This document shows positions 9,801-19,538 of a stretch of 64,000 bases of DNA, one piece after another. The DNA comes from Nitrosopumilaceae archaeon (GTDB taxonomy: Archaea > Thermoproteota > Nitrososphaeria > Nitrososphaerales > Nitrosopumilaceae). Location: assembly GCA_965200155.1 (NCBI GenBank), contig CBDATR010000024.1:416001-480000 (forward strand). Direction: 5' to 3'. Position numbers and translations under genes: made by a program. The notes below the pieces were generated by a model. It saw nothing but the letters and a program-made list of their open reading frames with translations. It had not been told where the DNA came from and made no database searches. Position 1 is the stretch's first letter. Each line of letters starts with the position of its first letter.

Positions 9801-11902
9801 TCTAGAGTTATTGTAACAGTATCAGCAATCTTGTATCTGCTATTATCAAAGCTTACAACACCACTGTAAGAGGGTGCCTCCACCTGATCTGATACCTGTG
9901 TTACAACACCGTCAGCACCAAGGTCACTGTACGAAACTCTTGGGGAGTCTTCATCAGTGAGATCTTCAATGACTATGAATACAGGCGCATCCGAATTTGT
10001 GGTCACATCATCGTATATGGCACCTTTGTCAGCTACAATATTGAGCTGATTGACCATTATATACTCCAGAGTAGCCTCGAACTGTGAGCTGTTGTCATCG
10101 GTCTCTTCGGCCTCGAGTCGGACTATCTGATTAGCCACTCTCTCGCGACCCTGTACACCATCATCAGTATAACCGAATGACATAAAGTCTGCCACAACTG
10201 CGGCGGCATTATCATATGCCAAGCTCACAGGACCATCAAATGTCACCATGAGAGATACGTTGCCGCTCTCGTTGTTTATAGCTCGTATTAAATTCATTTC
10301 CTCACCGTTCTCGTCATATTTCAGGCTCATGTATGCATAATTGCGATACTCATCCATAGGCAATACAATATTATTGTTAGAACCAACCAAAACTATACTC
10401 TCAATTTTGCCATCAAAGGCTCTAAAGTCATAGTTAAAGTAGCTGAATACCTTGTCCTCATCCATGACAACATCTGCCAAGTCGGCATAGGTCATATCAT
10501 AGTTAATTGTAAATGATTCAATATTATCTGCCATACCAGTCATATCCACAACACCAATAGCTGAGAATCTATCATAGCTTGTGTTATCATTATCAACTGG
10601 ATTACCAGATACTTCGTATGTAGTATCCTCGGTTATTGTGAATGGACTTCCTGTCATAAGTGCTGGAATCACCCCGTCTGGATTATGAATCATCATATCC
10701 TCATCGGACATGGAGTTCTTGTTCGAATCCTCATCCGCGATTACCACGGTAAGTACCTCACCGGAGCTCCACATGTCATCGGCCTGCATATCGACATTAC
10801 CAAAGCTGAATCCAATCAGTATGTCAGTCTCTTCGTCATTATAGTCAATGGTAGCGCTGGTTCCTCTTAGATCATCGCTTCCATTAGTAATAATATCAGC
10901 TAAATCATCGTCGTCTCCGTTTGTAAAGACACCACTATTAGCTGCGCTCTCATACACAGTAACCGGTATAGTACCTTGCATGATTACTCTTTGAGGATCT
11001 ATCTGGTCATCATATACAACTTCCCAATTCATTGGATTCGTAGAATCCATACCATCGACAGGAGTTGCAGCAGAATCACCATTATCATACAGTGTTATAG
11101 CAGCACCAGATCCCTGTTTGTTAGGGTTTATCTTTAGTGTACAATTATCATCACACATGAGGTCATCTTTTGGAATTGCATCATGCGTACTGTCCGCCTC
11201 ACCTAGGTTTATCCGGTAGTATATGTTGTAATCGCTATCAGAAGATGTCTCAAATGTCCACCAATCCTCGGATGTGGGGTCAATATTGAGCCATGTGTCT
11301 GTTATTGTTATGTGCACATAGGCATCTAGAGGGTAAACACCCCTATCCAGTACTAGACTGGCATAATCCTCTACTGTGTCAAACTCAAGCGTCACGGTTT
11401 CGGTTTCCCGACCATTCTCAAGTTCTACGTCAAACTCGTCACCTTCTATAAGGTCGAATGCATATATGGTAGGCCTGTTAACTCCTGCCTCCTCTAGTAC
11501 ATTTCTATCATTAGAATGAAGATAACCCATGACTGTGTCGTCCCATTCACCATAGTTAAATCCGCTTCCATGTACTATTGAAGCCATGTCACTTTCTACA
11601 AAGTAACCATACCAATTTCCGTTTCTTGCCTGTGTCATCTGTAGTTCATTGTCGTCAACGGTAACGATAGGCTCAAAGGTCCTGTCGTTATCATCAGCAC
11701 GGTACTGGTCATCGTTGACTATTACCTCAATGACCTGACCGCCGACAACAAAATTATCAAACATGGAATTCTCGGCAGATACGTACAATGCGTTAGCATA
11801 TGCAGAAGGCACAGCTCCCGGCACCGCAAACGTAATACCGCCGACTACCATGATTGCAATAAGTGTAAGACTTGTAGTTCTTCTTAGTATTATGTTTTCC
11901 AT
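6845..11902 (-). CDS. slaA: Major S-layer protein (Nitrosopumilus SlaA/NmSLP type)
   Basis: 1685 aa, very acidic. N-terminus 'SLTLIAIMVVGGITFAVPG..AYANALYVSAENS' and repeated 'ETG..TGIF.G', 'LDQKVYTWTDKVYVTIVAPD' are typical of thaumarchaeal S-layer proteins. Confidence 0.88.
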   Translation of the reverse strand: MENIILRRTTSLTLIAIMVVGGITFAVPGAVPSAYANALYVSAENSMFDNFVVGGQVIEVIVNDDQYRADDNDRTFEPIVTVDDNELQMTQARNGNWYGYFVESDMASIVHGSGFNYGEWDDTVMGYLHSNDRNVLEEAGVNRPTIYAFDLIEGDEFDVELENGRETETVTLEFDTVEDYASLVLDRGVYPLDAYVHITITDTWLNIDPTSEDWWTFETSSDSDYNIYYRINLGEADSTHDAIPKDDLMCDDNCTLKINPNKQGSGAAITLYDNGDSAATPVDGMDSTNPMNWEVVYDDQIDPQRVIMQGTIPVTVYESAANSGVFTNGDDDDLADIITNGSDDLRGTSATIDYNDEETDILIGFSFGNVDMQADDMWSSGEVLTVVIADEDSNKNSMSDEDMMIHNPDGVIPALMTGSPFTITEDTTYEVSGNPVDNDNTSYDRFSAIGVVDMTGMADNIESFTINYDMTYADLADVVMDEDKVFSYFNYDFRAFDGKIESIVLVGSNNNIVLPMDEYRNYAYMSLKYDENGEEMNLIRAINNESGNVSLMVTFDGPVSLAYDNAAAVVADFMSFGYTDDGVQGRERVANQIVRLEAEETDDNSSQFEATLEYIMVNQLNIVADKGAIYDDVTTNSDAPVFIVIEDLTDEDSPRVSYSDLGADGVVTQVSDQVEAPSYSGVVSFDNSRYKIADTVTITLEDPDLNVDADVIDIYTIVSNENSMVYGKVGAELMIHGEEVEETFGPLGRLLDVTFDDTDWPSADNSDNCMTILNNMGVDTGLHDTEFTLVETSSESGVFTGDFQIPSDWCQNGDALPQSTTGLDIEVNYLDFRDASGEIIEVGDSAAVGANTGSITLDRTVYPVPFGQPSDFNNLDELETALSDEARAVHDINNSIANYNKLLVYVRDDAIPAPGEEEFMNELANAGLSDEFMALGDRWVNRADPIDIILDDIFDAIDDLKDELSDIQNSARDISDSDLTRSESDLALMENQGTSPDGRSYFALHSTAFSDQGTDAAYVTNGDLTIHIRIDDPDFDLSADGHDSIAMDDAPVTISVIREAHTYIVGCAGSNSDSCGTISQTYFGPEPVSFGTIEEIAPNAGIFEIDVTIRYTDGPSANNCPATVQYENESAQEMVRQTGDHFCILQGDILQVEYEDPTDASGDVNTVTDSATFDLRNGVLQSDKSSYLIGTDMILTLIEPDFDLDNDQAETYDLDLIEWDSDAATITMGNRGGNAAAFDPEPTSFRETGDSTGIFQTIIEIPEELNGDRLERDEAITLEYTDWGPSGADYVGQEDEDVKLDIMTSDFGATIELDQKVYTWTDKVYVTIVAPDHNYDSDLVDEIGNTETDPLKVSTRGNDLDRYKLVETGTDTGIFTGEVILTGFAAHDADGDGEPNDARGVTGTSDGSGSNNDLGPTNGYLATSNDDGISVSYEYSEDITIVASALIRWNIGEVQWLESSYPATGTGVVRVIDPDMNLNPEAVDNFDIDVWSDSDAGGIDLTVTETNEATGIFEGTVAFTTETESSGHRLRTAEGDTVTAEYEDRTLPDPYNMRDDLDVMATTLIGTVVPPLERAPASNLRVVDSFGNSLDTVAVDQQVQITADLMNGQDRDQAFAYLVQVQDGNGVVVSLAWITGTLNPEQSLSPAESWAPSEPGMYTATAFVWESLDNPTALSPPISVDITVE

Positions 11903-11984
11903 TTTATTGTATAAAATTTTGGAAATTTATATTTAAGAATAATGGATGAACCATTCATGGTTGATTATGACATACAGACCAAGC

Positions 11985-12926
11985 CTAGAGTGCAGTATCA
12001 ACCATCATACCTATGAAAAGCACTGCCAGATATGGACTGGAGAACTTAAAGAGCGTCCAGGACGCCTTTTCACTGGGTCTGGCCACCACCCATCCAGACA
12101 GCACCACCATAAGAGCACCAGAAACTAGTGCGGTTGCCCCATATACCATTCCGGTTGGTGGATATCCTCCCGTATCTAAGAACAATGGTACCAAACTAAA
12201 TACCACCATTACTATTGTGGAGACTGCGACTACACGAGCAGAAACCTTCTCAGAATGTACTGCGGTCAGCATGGGAACATCCACCCTGTTATAGTCTTCC
12301 TTGAAGTGCATGGTAAGCGACCATATGTGTAGTGGGATCCAAACAAAGACCAATCCTGCCAGCACCATTCCCATACTCCACATATCAGCAGTGGTAACTG
12401 CAACCCATCCCACCAAGGGAGGAGAACCGCCACAGAGTCCACCCAAGATTATGTTAAGCCTAGATCTCCTCTTTAGTAAATACGAATATACCACTATGTT
12501 GTTTACCAAGCCAAAACCGATGAATATGGTGGCCCACATACCTTGTATTGTACTGGTAGTATACGACAGGGACCAAGCCAGTATCAAGGATATGGCAGCT
12601 AATGCGTATCCAAAGTTGCGTGCCTTGATAGCAGGATATATCCGCTTGGAAGGCAGTGGCCGGGAGCGCGTGCGCTCCATTATACTATCTATATCCCGGT
12701 CATGGTAGTTGGTAAGGGTGTTAGCAGCGGCAGAACCAGCAGCTACTGAAAGCATGGCCAGTATCCAGGTCCACACAGAGACATCTATTTCATAGATATT
12801 GGAGGCAGTAACCAAGCCCCCCATGGCCGTAAAGACCAACAGGTACCAGATTTTAGGCTTGGTCAGCTCATAATATACGGCTAGCCGGGACTCACGCTTC
12901 TGCCTTTGCAACATACCATTATCCAC
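11985..12926 (-). CDS. ctaB: Protoheme IX farnesyltransferase (heme O synthase)
   Basis: 'YYELTKPKI', 'NYHDRDIDSIMERTRSRPLPS', 'EDYNRVDVPML'; polytopic membrane protein. Confidence 0.93.
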   Translation of the reverse strand: MDNGMLQRQKRESRLAVYYELTKPKIWYLLVFTAMGGLVTASNIYEIDVSVWTWILAMLSVAAGSAAANTLTNYHDRDIDSIMERTRSRPLPSKRIYPAIKARNFGYALAAISLILAWSLSYTTSTIQGMWATIFIGFGLVNNIVVYSYLLKRRSRLNIILGGLCGGSPPLVGWVAVTTADMWSMGMVLAGLVFVWIPLHIWSLTMHFKEDYNRVDVPMLTAVHSEKVSARVVAVSTIVMVVFSLVPLFLDTGGYPPTGMVYGATALVSGALMVVLSGWVVARPSEKASWTLFKFSSPYLAVLFIGMMVDTAL

Positions 12927-13048
12927 CCATATGCATTAAAACCTATGCGAGTGATATAGTACAAGCATGTTTGGTCATATTAAAGCGATTCAGGAACAAA
13001 AACCAACATTGTCACATTAAAATATAAAATAATTTAAAAAATTCGTAG

Positions 13049-14881
13049 TTAGCACCGAATTCCGGTTGTTCCTGGAAGTGAATAGTCATCACAAACAATA
13101 GCCCGTACCAGATCTGCTCCAGTAAAGTCAGTATCAGTGAGATCTGCTCCTATGAGTATGGAGTTACGTAAGTTAGCGTCGGTGAGATCTGCCCCGATTA
13201 GTACAGCATCAGTGAGATCTGCTCTTGTTAGATCAATGTTCTGTAGTAGAGCATTGGTGAGATCTGCCCCGATTAGATCTGCATTGTTAAAGTCTGCCCG
13301 TATAAGGTCGGCTTCAACTAGGTTAACTCCGGTAAGATCCGTGTTGCGCAATGTAGAAGATGTAAGTATAGCTCCGGAAAGATTTGCTTGTGTAAGATCA
13401 ATGTCTCGAAGGGTTGCATAGGTTAGATCTGAGCCTGCAAGGTTGGCATTGGTAAGATCGGCTCCATTAAGAGCAGCGTCTCTGAGATCTATATTAGCCA
13501 TATTCACGTTTCGAAGATCCGCATCGGTGAATACAACATCAGCTAGATCTAAACCAACAAAGCTTACGCCCGGCAAAGCCGCGCTTTCAAAGCTTGCTCT
13601 AGTAAGTGTAGTACCATCTATGTTAGTATCGACGAGATCTGCACCTTCAAAGTCCGCTCCTGTGAGATCAGAACCTGTTAGTATGGTACTGCGAAGATTG
13701 GCGTCGGTGAGAATAACGTCGGTGAGAATTGCATTACTAATGTCAGAGCCCACCAAGTCAGAGTTGCGAAGATTGGCGTCGGTGAGAATTGTATTACTGA
13801 GATTGGCGTCGGTGAGAATTGTATTTCGGAGATCCGCCTCTACCAGTATGGCATTGGAAAGACTAGCTCGGTCGAGGTCAGCATCTGTGAGTAGCGCGTA
13901 TCTAAGATCCGCTCCGTCAAGACTGGCGTCAGTTAGTAGCACATAGCGAAGATCAGCCTGATATAGAACTGATCCTGTCAGATCAGATTCAGTCAGGGTA
14001 GCACCACTAATGGCTGCATTATCAAGAGTTGCGCCAATTATGGTAGCACTGTGCAGAATTGCATCGGTGAGGTCAGCGCGGGTCAGAATGGCGTTGCTAA
14101 GATTAGCGTCTGTCAAATCAGCTGTGATTAGAATGGCCCTGGTGAGGATTGCCCCATCAAGGCTAGCACCTGTCAAGTCAGCTTCGGTGAGGTCAGCCCC
14201 GATGAGGATTGCTCCATCAAGGCTAGCACCTGCTAGAATGGCATTACGGAAGTTAACGCCCTGGAGGTTGGCACCGGCGAAGCTTACGCCAGCAAGATCT
14301 TCTCCCTCATAGCTTAGGCCAGAGAGATCTGCGCTGTCAAATATTGTTCCAGAGAAGTTGGATCCATCAAAGGTGGCCGCGTTGAATATGGCACCATCGA
14401 AGCTGGCACCAGTAAGGTCGGCATTGTTAAGATCAGCATCAGTTAGGTTTGCGTTGTTGAGAGTAGTACTAGCAAAGATAGCACCTGCCAGGTTTGCCCC
14501 GTCAAGGCTAGCGTTTACCAAGTTTGCTCCACTGAGATTAGCTCCTGAGAGATTTGCACCATTAAAGATTGCGCCGACAAGGTTTGCGTTTTCTAGGCTG
14601 GCGTTGCTGAGATCAGCGCCGGTGAAATCGGTACTGGTCATGTTGGCGTTTTCTAGGCTGGCGTTGCTGAGATCAGCGCCGGTGAAATCGGTACTATACA
14701 GGTTTGCGCCATCAAAAATTGTATTTGTAAGAATTGCGTTGTTTAGTGTTGCGTTGATTAACGTAACCCCTGAGAGGTCAGAATTGGGAATAACTGCATT
14801 ACTGAGGTCTCCGCCCTCATTTGCGAAGGCTGCTACTGGCAAGAGTATTGCTGCGATTATGGTTGCGTATACTATTAGCAT
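13049..14881 (-). CDS. Secreted pentapeptide-repeat protein
   Basis: Signal peptide from ATG 14881, then about 570 aa of A(D/N)Lxx pentapeptides; includes a near-exact 60-bp tandem duplication at about 14585-14695. Confidence 0.9.
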   Translation of the reverse strand: MLIVYATIIAAILLPVAAFANEGGDLSNAVIPNSDLSGVTLINATLNNAILTNTIFDGANLYSTDFTGADLSNASLENANMTSTDFTGADLSNASLENANLVGAIFNGANLSGANLSGANLVNASLDGANLAGAIFASTTLNNANLTDADLNNADLTGASFDGAIFNAATFDGSNFSGTIFDSADLSGLSYEGEDLAGVSFAGANLQGVNFRNAILAGASLDGAILIGADLTEADLTGASLDGAILTRAILITADLTDANLSNAILTRADLTDAILHSATIIGATLDNAAISGATLTESDLTGSVLYQADLRYVLLTDASLDGADLRYALLTDADLDRASLSNAILVEADLRNTILTDANLSNTILTDANLRNSDLVGSDISNAILTDVILTDANLRSTILTGSDLTGADFEGADLVDTNIDGTTLTRASFESAALPGVSFVGLDLADVVFTDADLRNVNMANIDLRDAALNGADLTNANLAGSDLTYATLRDIDLTQANLSGAILTSSTLRNTDLTGVNLVEADLIRADFNNADLIGADLTNALLQNIDLTRADLTDAVLIGADLTDANLRNSILIGADLTDTDFTGADLVRAIVCDDYSLPGTTGIRC

Positions 14882-15090
14882 AGCGCCATTATTTAGGCGT
14901 GGGATATAAGAATTATGACACCTTGCGCGTATAAGTATGCGTACGCCCAAAATTTCACACTACGGATCTGAATTAACATTACGATTTGTACAGAAAAGAC
15001 TAGGAAACATGTGATCAGAATCACATACTGAACTTAAGCCAAATACACCACAAGAATCGGCATTAGGGAATGGTGACACTGCACATACCA

Positions 15091-15543
15091 CTAATGCCCA
15101 AGCATATCTAATGGTTTTATGTTAGATTTCATCTCTATGAGTGACTCGGTCGAGACAACGCCATCTATGCGACCAATCTTATCTGAGACCATACTGTGCA
15201 TCTTCTCCAGAGACATGAAGTATGCGGTGACAAGTATGTCAAAGCGGCCAGTCACCTCAGCTACTTCTCTTACACCCTCTATCTGGAATAGTTCATCTAC
15301 AATGTGGTTTCGTTTCTTGCTGTCCATCTTCATGCCAACCAGTACCTTTACGCCATAACCCAGTGCTTCATTGTTCACATCTATGGTAAATCTAGTAATG
15401 AGACCCCGGGATACCAGCCGCCTCACGCGGGAGTATGTCATGGAAGGAGTAAGACCCAGCTTGGCGGCCAGCTTGGGAGTGGATATGCTAGAGTCCTGTG
15501 CCAACTCGCGAAGTATGGACATGTCGGTTTGGTCTACAGCCAT
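15091..15543 (-). CDS. Lrp/AsnC family transcriptional regulator
   Basis: 'VDQTDMSILRELAQDS' HTH plus 'EVTGRFDIL' effector domain. Confidence 0.9.
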   Translation of the reverse strand: MAVDQTDMSILRELAQDSSISTPKLAAKLGLTPSMTYSRVRRLVSRGLITRFTIDVNNEALGYGVKVLVGMKMDSKKRNHIVDELFQIEGVREVAEVTGRFDILVTAYFMSLEKMHSMVSDKIGRIDGVVSTESLIEMKSNIKPLDMLGH

Positions 15544-15586
15544 GATATGAGCATATTCACAGTATGCTCATTTATGTCTTGAATCT

Positions 15587-16660
15587 CTATATCTTGCCCT
15601 TTTTGTATAGCATTTCTGCCAGTAATACTGCACCCTTGGCCGAGCCCATCTTTTTGTTATGGGAGAATAGCATGTACTTTAGGCCATGATCAAAGAGGGG
15701 CTCACGCTCCACCCTACCAATGGTCGTAGTCATACCATCGCCCACTTCACGCTCCAGACGGGGCTGCGGTCTTGTGGGATCCTTATGAAATGCATAGTAG
15801 TGTTCAGGCGCCGAGGGCAATCCGGATACGGATATTTTTTCATTATACGATTCATAAGTCTCCTGTGCCTTGTCCGGATCTATATCATCACTGGTCTCCA
15901 CAAAGACTGATTCGGTGTGACCATCAAGTACTGGAACCCTAGTACAGGTGCAGCTAACGCGTATGTCTGCATCTTGTATTTTTCCATTCTCCAGACGGCC
16001 AAGTATCTTGCGCGTCTCCAGACGCACCTTTCCCTCCTCTTTTGGTATGTAAGGCAGTATGTTATCGGTAATGCCCATAGCCGCCACACCGGTCTTACCG
16101 CCACCGGATATGGCCTGCAGAGAGGTCATCATGACCTTCTTGGCCCCATACTCTTCCAAAAGCGGTTTCAGTGTTATGACCAAACCGGTAGTGGTACAAT
16201 TGGGCAATGGGGCTACCCATCCCTTCCAGGAGCGATTCTGGCTCTGCTTCTCCAGCAGTTCCGCATGATCATCATTAATACCAGGTATGAGTATGGGTAC
16301 ATCATCCTCATAGCGATAAGCAGAGCTAGTGGATATTACTGGAAGGTGTTTTGCAAAACGTGTCTCTATATCCCGTGCAGGTCCTGATTCTACTGCCGAG
16401 AATATCAAGTCCAGCTGTGATACATCCACATCGTCCACGCTACGCACAACCATATTCTTAATGTAATCAGGAATCTCGCCCCCTACATCCCAAGATATTA
16501 TGCCCGTAGACTCATCTCTAATGGACTCAGTATAGGGCTTGTCAGCTGACCTCTCTGATGCAGATATCTGCGTAACCTTGAACCAAGGGTGTCCTTCCAA
16601 AGACTGGATGAATTCCTGTCCTACCGAGCCGGTTGCGCCTATGATAGCTACACGTTTCAT
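15587..16660 (-). CDS. asd: Aspartate-semialdehyde dehydrogenase
   Basis: 'VAIIGATGSVGQ', catalytic 'PNCTT', 'QAISGGG', 'TRVPVLDGHTE'. Confidence 0.93.
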   Translation of the reverse strand: MKRVAIIGATGSVGQEFIQSLEGHPWFKVTQISASERSADKPYTESIRDESTGIISWDVGGEIPDYIKNMVVRSVDDVDVSQLDLIFSAVESGPARDIETRFAKHLPVISTSSAYRYEDDVPILIPGINDDHAELLEKQSQNRSWKGWVAPLPNCTTTGLVITLKPLLEEYGAKKVMMTSLQAISGGGKTGVAAMGITDNILPYIPKEEGKVRLETRKILGRLENGKIQDADIRVSCTCTRVPVLDGHTESVFVETSDDIDPDKAQETYESYNEKISVSGLPSAPEHYYAFHKDPTRPQPRLEREVGDGMTTTIGRVEREPLFDHGLKYMLFSHNKKMGSAKGAVLLAEMLYKKGKI

Positions 16661-16801
16661 TGTGTAATATTATGAATGCGACTTAATAATTCTAATGAAC
16701 AACATGTGCATAATGTAATGTATGCAAACATGCTTATTCACAATCATGACAGTCTAAACAGCATCCACCAAAAGACAATAACACCGGCATAACTATTCAG
16801 A

Positions 16802-17785
16802 GTGATGGAGCTCCATGGTGGAGCCCTCTCAAGAGGGCTGGGACACTACATAATGGACTTTAGCACCAGCACAAATCCACTGGGGCCGCACCGTGCAGTC
16901 ATAGAATGTATTCAGGACCGGAATATCATATCCAGGTACCCGGACGCCGCGGCAATACGACTGGAGGAGGCACTGGCAGAATACACCAACACGCCACAGA
17001 ATATGGTAGTGGCGGGGAACGGCGCCACCGAGATAATACATATCATATGCCGAATAATGGCTGGTAGACACGTGTCAATCGTGACTCCAGCCTTTAGCGA
17101 GTACATGACCGCAGCCACACTCAACGACTCAACCACTACAATAACGGGTACTGATCAGCCAACCATACCGGAGAAAGGGCTGCTCTTTGTGGGAAATCCA
17201 TCAAACCCGCATGGTACGCTATTATCATCACATACAATCCTAGAGATGGTGCGCGCCTGTCATGACGCGGGTACTACAATAGTAGTAGACGAATGCTTCA
17301 TCGAGATGACGCCTAATCGCAACGAATCCATACTACCATACATAAAAGAACACGACAATGTAATAATACTGCGATCCATGACAAAGTCCTTCGGGCTTGC
17401 GGGACTTCGCCTGGGATACGCCATATCTACTCAGGCCGATACCATACGGCGCTTTCGCATACCCTGGAGCATAAACGGTATGGCACAGATAGCAGGGATA
17501 GAGGCCTTACAACATACAGACCACATACAGGAATCACTACGTATCATACAGGAGGAGACTCATTTCCTGCACGATACCATACCGAATTCATGTCATACAG
17601 ACGCCAACTACATGACTATACGCGTCCCTGATGCCCATATAACACAGGAACAACTGCTAAAACATGACATTCTAGTCCGGGACTGCTCCAGCTTTGGTCT
17701 GCCCACACACATACGAATAGGCATCAAGACCCGAAGGGAAAATACAATACTTGCCCGTGCCATGAACAAGATATGCCCGCCATAA
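16802..17785 (+). CDS. cobD: Threonine-phosphate decarboxylase (PLP class I/II)
   Basis: 'HGG..DFSTSTNPLGP', 'GNGATEII', 'VDECFIE', 'RSMTKSFGLAGLRLGY'; first gene of the cobalamin cluster. Confidence 0.85.
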   Translation: MMELHGGALSRGLGHYIMDFSTSTNPLGPHRAVIECIQDRNIISRYPDAAAIRLEEALAEYTNTPQNMVVAGNGATEIIHIICRIMAGRHVSIVTPAFSEYMTAATLNDSTTTITGTDQPTIPEKGLLFVGNPSNPHGTLLSSHTILEMVRACHDAGTTIVVDECFIEMTPNRNESILPYIKEHDNVIILRSMTKSFGLAGLRLGYAISTQADTIRRFRIPWSINGMAQIAGIEALQHTDHIQESLRIIQEETHFLHDTIPNSCHTDANYMTIRVPDAHITQEQLLKHDILVRDCSSFGLPTHIRIGIKTRRENTILARAMNKICPP

Positions 17786-18588
17786 TGATACAGGGAACAA
17801 TGTCAGGTGCAGGCAAGAGTACTGTAACCGCAGCCCTGTGCCGCATACTATCTGATGATGGATACAGGGTGGCGCCCTTCAAGTCCCAGAACATGTCAAG
17901 GAACACTCACAAGATGGTATCCTGCGCACAGGCATTGCAGGCAAGGGCGGCGCGATGCCCCATCACGCCTGACATAAACCCAATCGTTCTAGTGCCAAAC
18001 AGCGATACCACTAGTATGGTATACGTCCGGGGAACCACTCAGGGCATCATGAATGCCACCCAGTACTATGACTTTGCCGCCAAGACAGGCATGGACATTG
18101 CCATTACATCACTACAAACACTACAGGACAAGTACGACATCATTGTATTGGAGGGCGCAGGCTCCCCCGCGGAAATAAACATACCATGCGACATAGCCAA
18201 CATGAGAATGGCCGAAGCTGCGGCCGCCAGGGTCATAATAGTATCAGACATAGAGAGAGGCGGATGCTTTGCCCAGATGGTAGGCACCATGACGCTACTG
18301 GAGAAGCAATACCAAGACATTGTAGGCGGTTTTCTGATAAACAAGTTTCGCGGGGATTACATAGTTCTGGAGCCGGGAATCAGAACCATCCAAGACATGA
18401 CAGGGGTGCCCGTCATGGGAGTCATGCCATACATGGAGACACAGTTACCGGCCGAGGACTCGATGGATACGCATTCTTACATGAATATGGACTCACCCAA
18501 CCTGGATACGGCCATAAACGGGGTGGCCAAAATCCTACAGGATAACATAGATTTGCAGCAGCTAAAGAGCATGGCAGGATTATGCTAG
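17773..18588 (+). CDS. cobQ: Cobyric acid synthase, short form lacking the glutamine amidotransferase domain
   Basis: 'IMIQGTMSGAGKS', 'APFKSQNMS', 'LEGAGSPAEIN', 'INKFRGD', 'LPAEDS'; only 271 aa. Confidence 0.9.
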   Translation: MPAIMIQGTMSGAGKSTVTAALCRILSDDGYRVAPFKSQNMSRNTHKMVSCAQALQARAARCPITPDINPIVLVPNSDTTSMVYVRGTTQGIMNATQYYDFAAKTGMDIAITSLQTLQDKYDIIVLEGAGSPAEINIPCDIANMRMAEAAAARVIIVSDIERGGCFAQMVGTMTLLEKQYQDIVGGFLINKFRGDYIVLEPGIRTIQDMTGVPVMGVMPYMETQLPAEDSMDTHSYMNMDSPNLDTAINGVAKILQDNIDLQQLKSMAGLC

Positions 18589-19538
18589 AGATAGTATACG
18601 CGCACATAGCCGTGATAACAGGAGCCATACTCCTGGACATTACACTGGGTGACCCCCGGAATAGATACCACCCCACAGCGTGGGTCGGCCATATCATTGC
18701 ACTATTGATTCCGCTGTATCGCGGGCGCACATGGGGCGCCACCGTATGCGTGATATCATGTACCATAACAGGAGTGCCAGCAATACTGCTCCACCACATA
18801 GTATGGAGTCACTCACAGCATGCAGAAATCATCATCATATACTGCATAGCCGCAATCATACTGCTAAAGAGCACTATCGCAATACGGGGACTGCAAGTCC
18901 ATGCTGTATCGATAATCACAAGACTGGAGAGTGGCCAGACCCAGGCCGCGGCCCACAGCTTGGCGCATATCGTAAAGCGGCCCACTAATGACATGAATAG
19001 TGAAACAATATGCTCAGCTACAATAGAGAGTATAGCGGAGAATACTACGGACAGTGTGACCGGCCCACTATTTTACATGGGATGGTTTGGGTTGCCGGGC
19101 GCCTTCATGTATAGAACCATAAACACGATAGATGCCATGGTAGGGTACAAGACCCCCAGTCTTGCCAGGGTGGGGTGGTTTGGGGCCCACTCAGATACCA
19201 TACTGAACTGGATACCCGCCAGAATCACCGCGTGTATCATGGTTCTGGCCGCGGCCATTCTAAAACATGACTATAATGGCGCCATTAGGGCCATTCGCAA
19301 TGACTCGCGCAAGCCGTCCAGCAGGAATTCAGGCTACACCATGGCGGCCATGGCCGGAGCACTAGGAGTACGATTACGCAAGGTAAACCACTACACCATA
19401 GGGATGGGCCGGGAGCCAGGCATTAATGATGTGCATTCGGCATTGAAAATAGCAAAGTGTACATCATGCATATTCGCCATAATGATAGTCATCCCTGCCA
19501 CATATGGCGCATGCATTCTGTGGGAGATGATAACATAA
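18582..19538 (+). CDS. cbiB: Adenosylcobinamide-phosphate synthase
   Basis: 'GDPRNRYHP', 'ESIAENTTDS', 'YRTINTIDAMVGYK', 'LNWIPARI'. Confidence 0.9.
   Translation: MLEIVYAHIAVITGAILLDITLGDPRNRYHPTAWVGHIIALLIPLYRGRTWGATVCVISCTITGVPAILLHHIVWSHSQHAEIIIIYCIAAIILLKSTIAIRGLQVHAVSIITRLESGQTQAAAHSLAHIVKRPTNDMNSETICSATIESIAENTTDSVTGPLFYMGWFGLPGAFMYRTINTIDAMVGYKTPSLARVGWFGAHSDTILNWIPARITACIMVLAAAILKHDYNGAIRAIRNDSRKPSSRNSGYTMAAMAGALGVRLRKVNHYTIGMGREPGINDVHSALKIAKCTSCIFAIMIVIPATYGACILWEMIT

Noticed and set aside
13137-14909. Long plus-strand ORFs with (R/K)SA/RLA periodicity
   Set aside because: Antisense shadows of the pentapeptide gene; the same applies to shadow ORFs over the LVIVD, S-layer, ileS and TSP3 genes.
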